Below are positions 63,675 through 64,000 of a DNA stretch of 64,000 bases, piece after piece. The DNA comes from Octopus sinensis. Lineage: Eukaryota. Each line of letters begins with the position of its first letter. Positions within the stretch are counted from its first letter, which is position 1. Made by a program: the position numbers and the translations under genes. Below the pieces are notes generated by a model that was not told where the DNA came from, did no database searches, and saw only the letters and a program-made list of their open reading frames with translations. Location: positions 43,710,001 to 43,774,000 of the forward strand of contig NC_042998.1 of the NCBI RefSeq assembly GCF_006345805.1, in the 5' to 3' direction.

Positions 63675-64000
63675 AGAAGCACACAAAAATATACATATCT
63701 ACATGCATAAGTACGGGAGTGTGGCTAAGTGCATTTCCTTTGATGAAGCGCAAGCAACGTGCTTTTGCCATTGGTTATTTAATCACTATTAATATTGTCA
63801 TAAAAGATGTGTACTCTCTAAAATTATGAAGTTAATATTCATTGTTGAAAGGTGTAAAACCTTCTTATACTGATTTCAAACTACCACCATATTAGATCAA
63901 TGTAGGGTTTTGGTCAATTAATTCAACGCCAATTTCTTATTCATAGTCAAGCTAGTGCTAGATATTTATTTAATTAATAAATTTTTGATACTTTTGCGAA

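Overview
This is a 64 kb AT-rich eukaryotic window that is intergenic or intronic. I found no host protein-coding gene; almost every ORF in the track is a translated microsatellite. The SINE repertoire and the density of (AT)n, (CA)n, (TATG)n and (TCTA)n tracts suggest a coleoid cephalopod, most likely Octopus (inference). The background is about 35 copies or fragments of three tRNA-derived SINE families, several MITE-like or fold-back elements, and long simple repeats. The notable signal is a set of small non-coding elements, most abutting (AT)n tracts, that carry hammerhead-ribozyme (HHR) motifs of the Penelope-like-element (PLE) type. (1) A head-to-tail ~524-bp dimer at 7078-8126 has one HHR per unit, a retrozyme-like layout. 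(2) A spacer-less 519-bp fold-back at 1673-2191 has a 14-bp TSD and an intact minimal HHR. (3) A fold-back at 58849-59144 has full HHR helix topology but a G3/C8-swapped core. Several more eroded or variant HHR motifs are present. The only convincing protein remnant is a PLE GIY-YIG endonuclease (20466-20936, Neptune-like), the kind of element that could mobilise them. All ribozyme calls come from manual base-pairing and are untested. Frequent single-base indels suggest long-read consensus errors, so raw reads should be checked.
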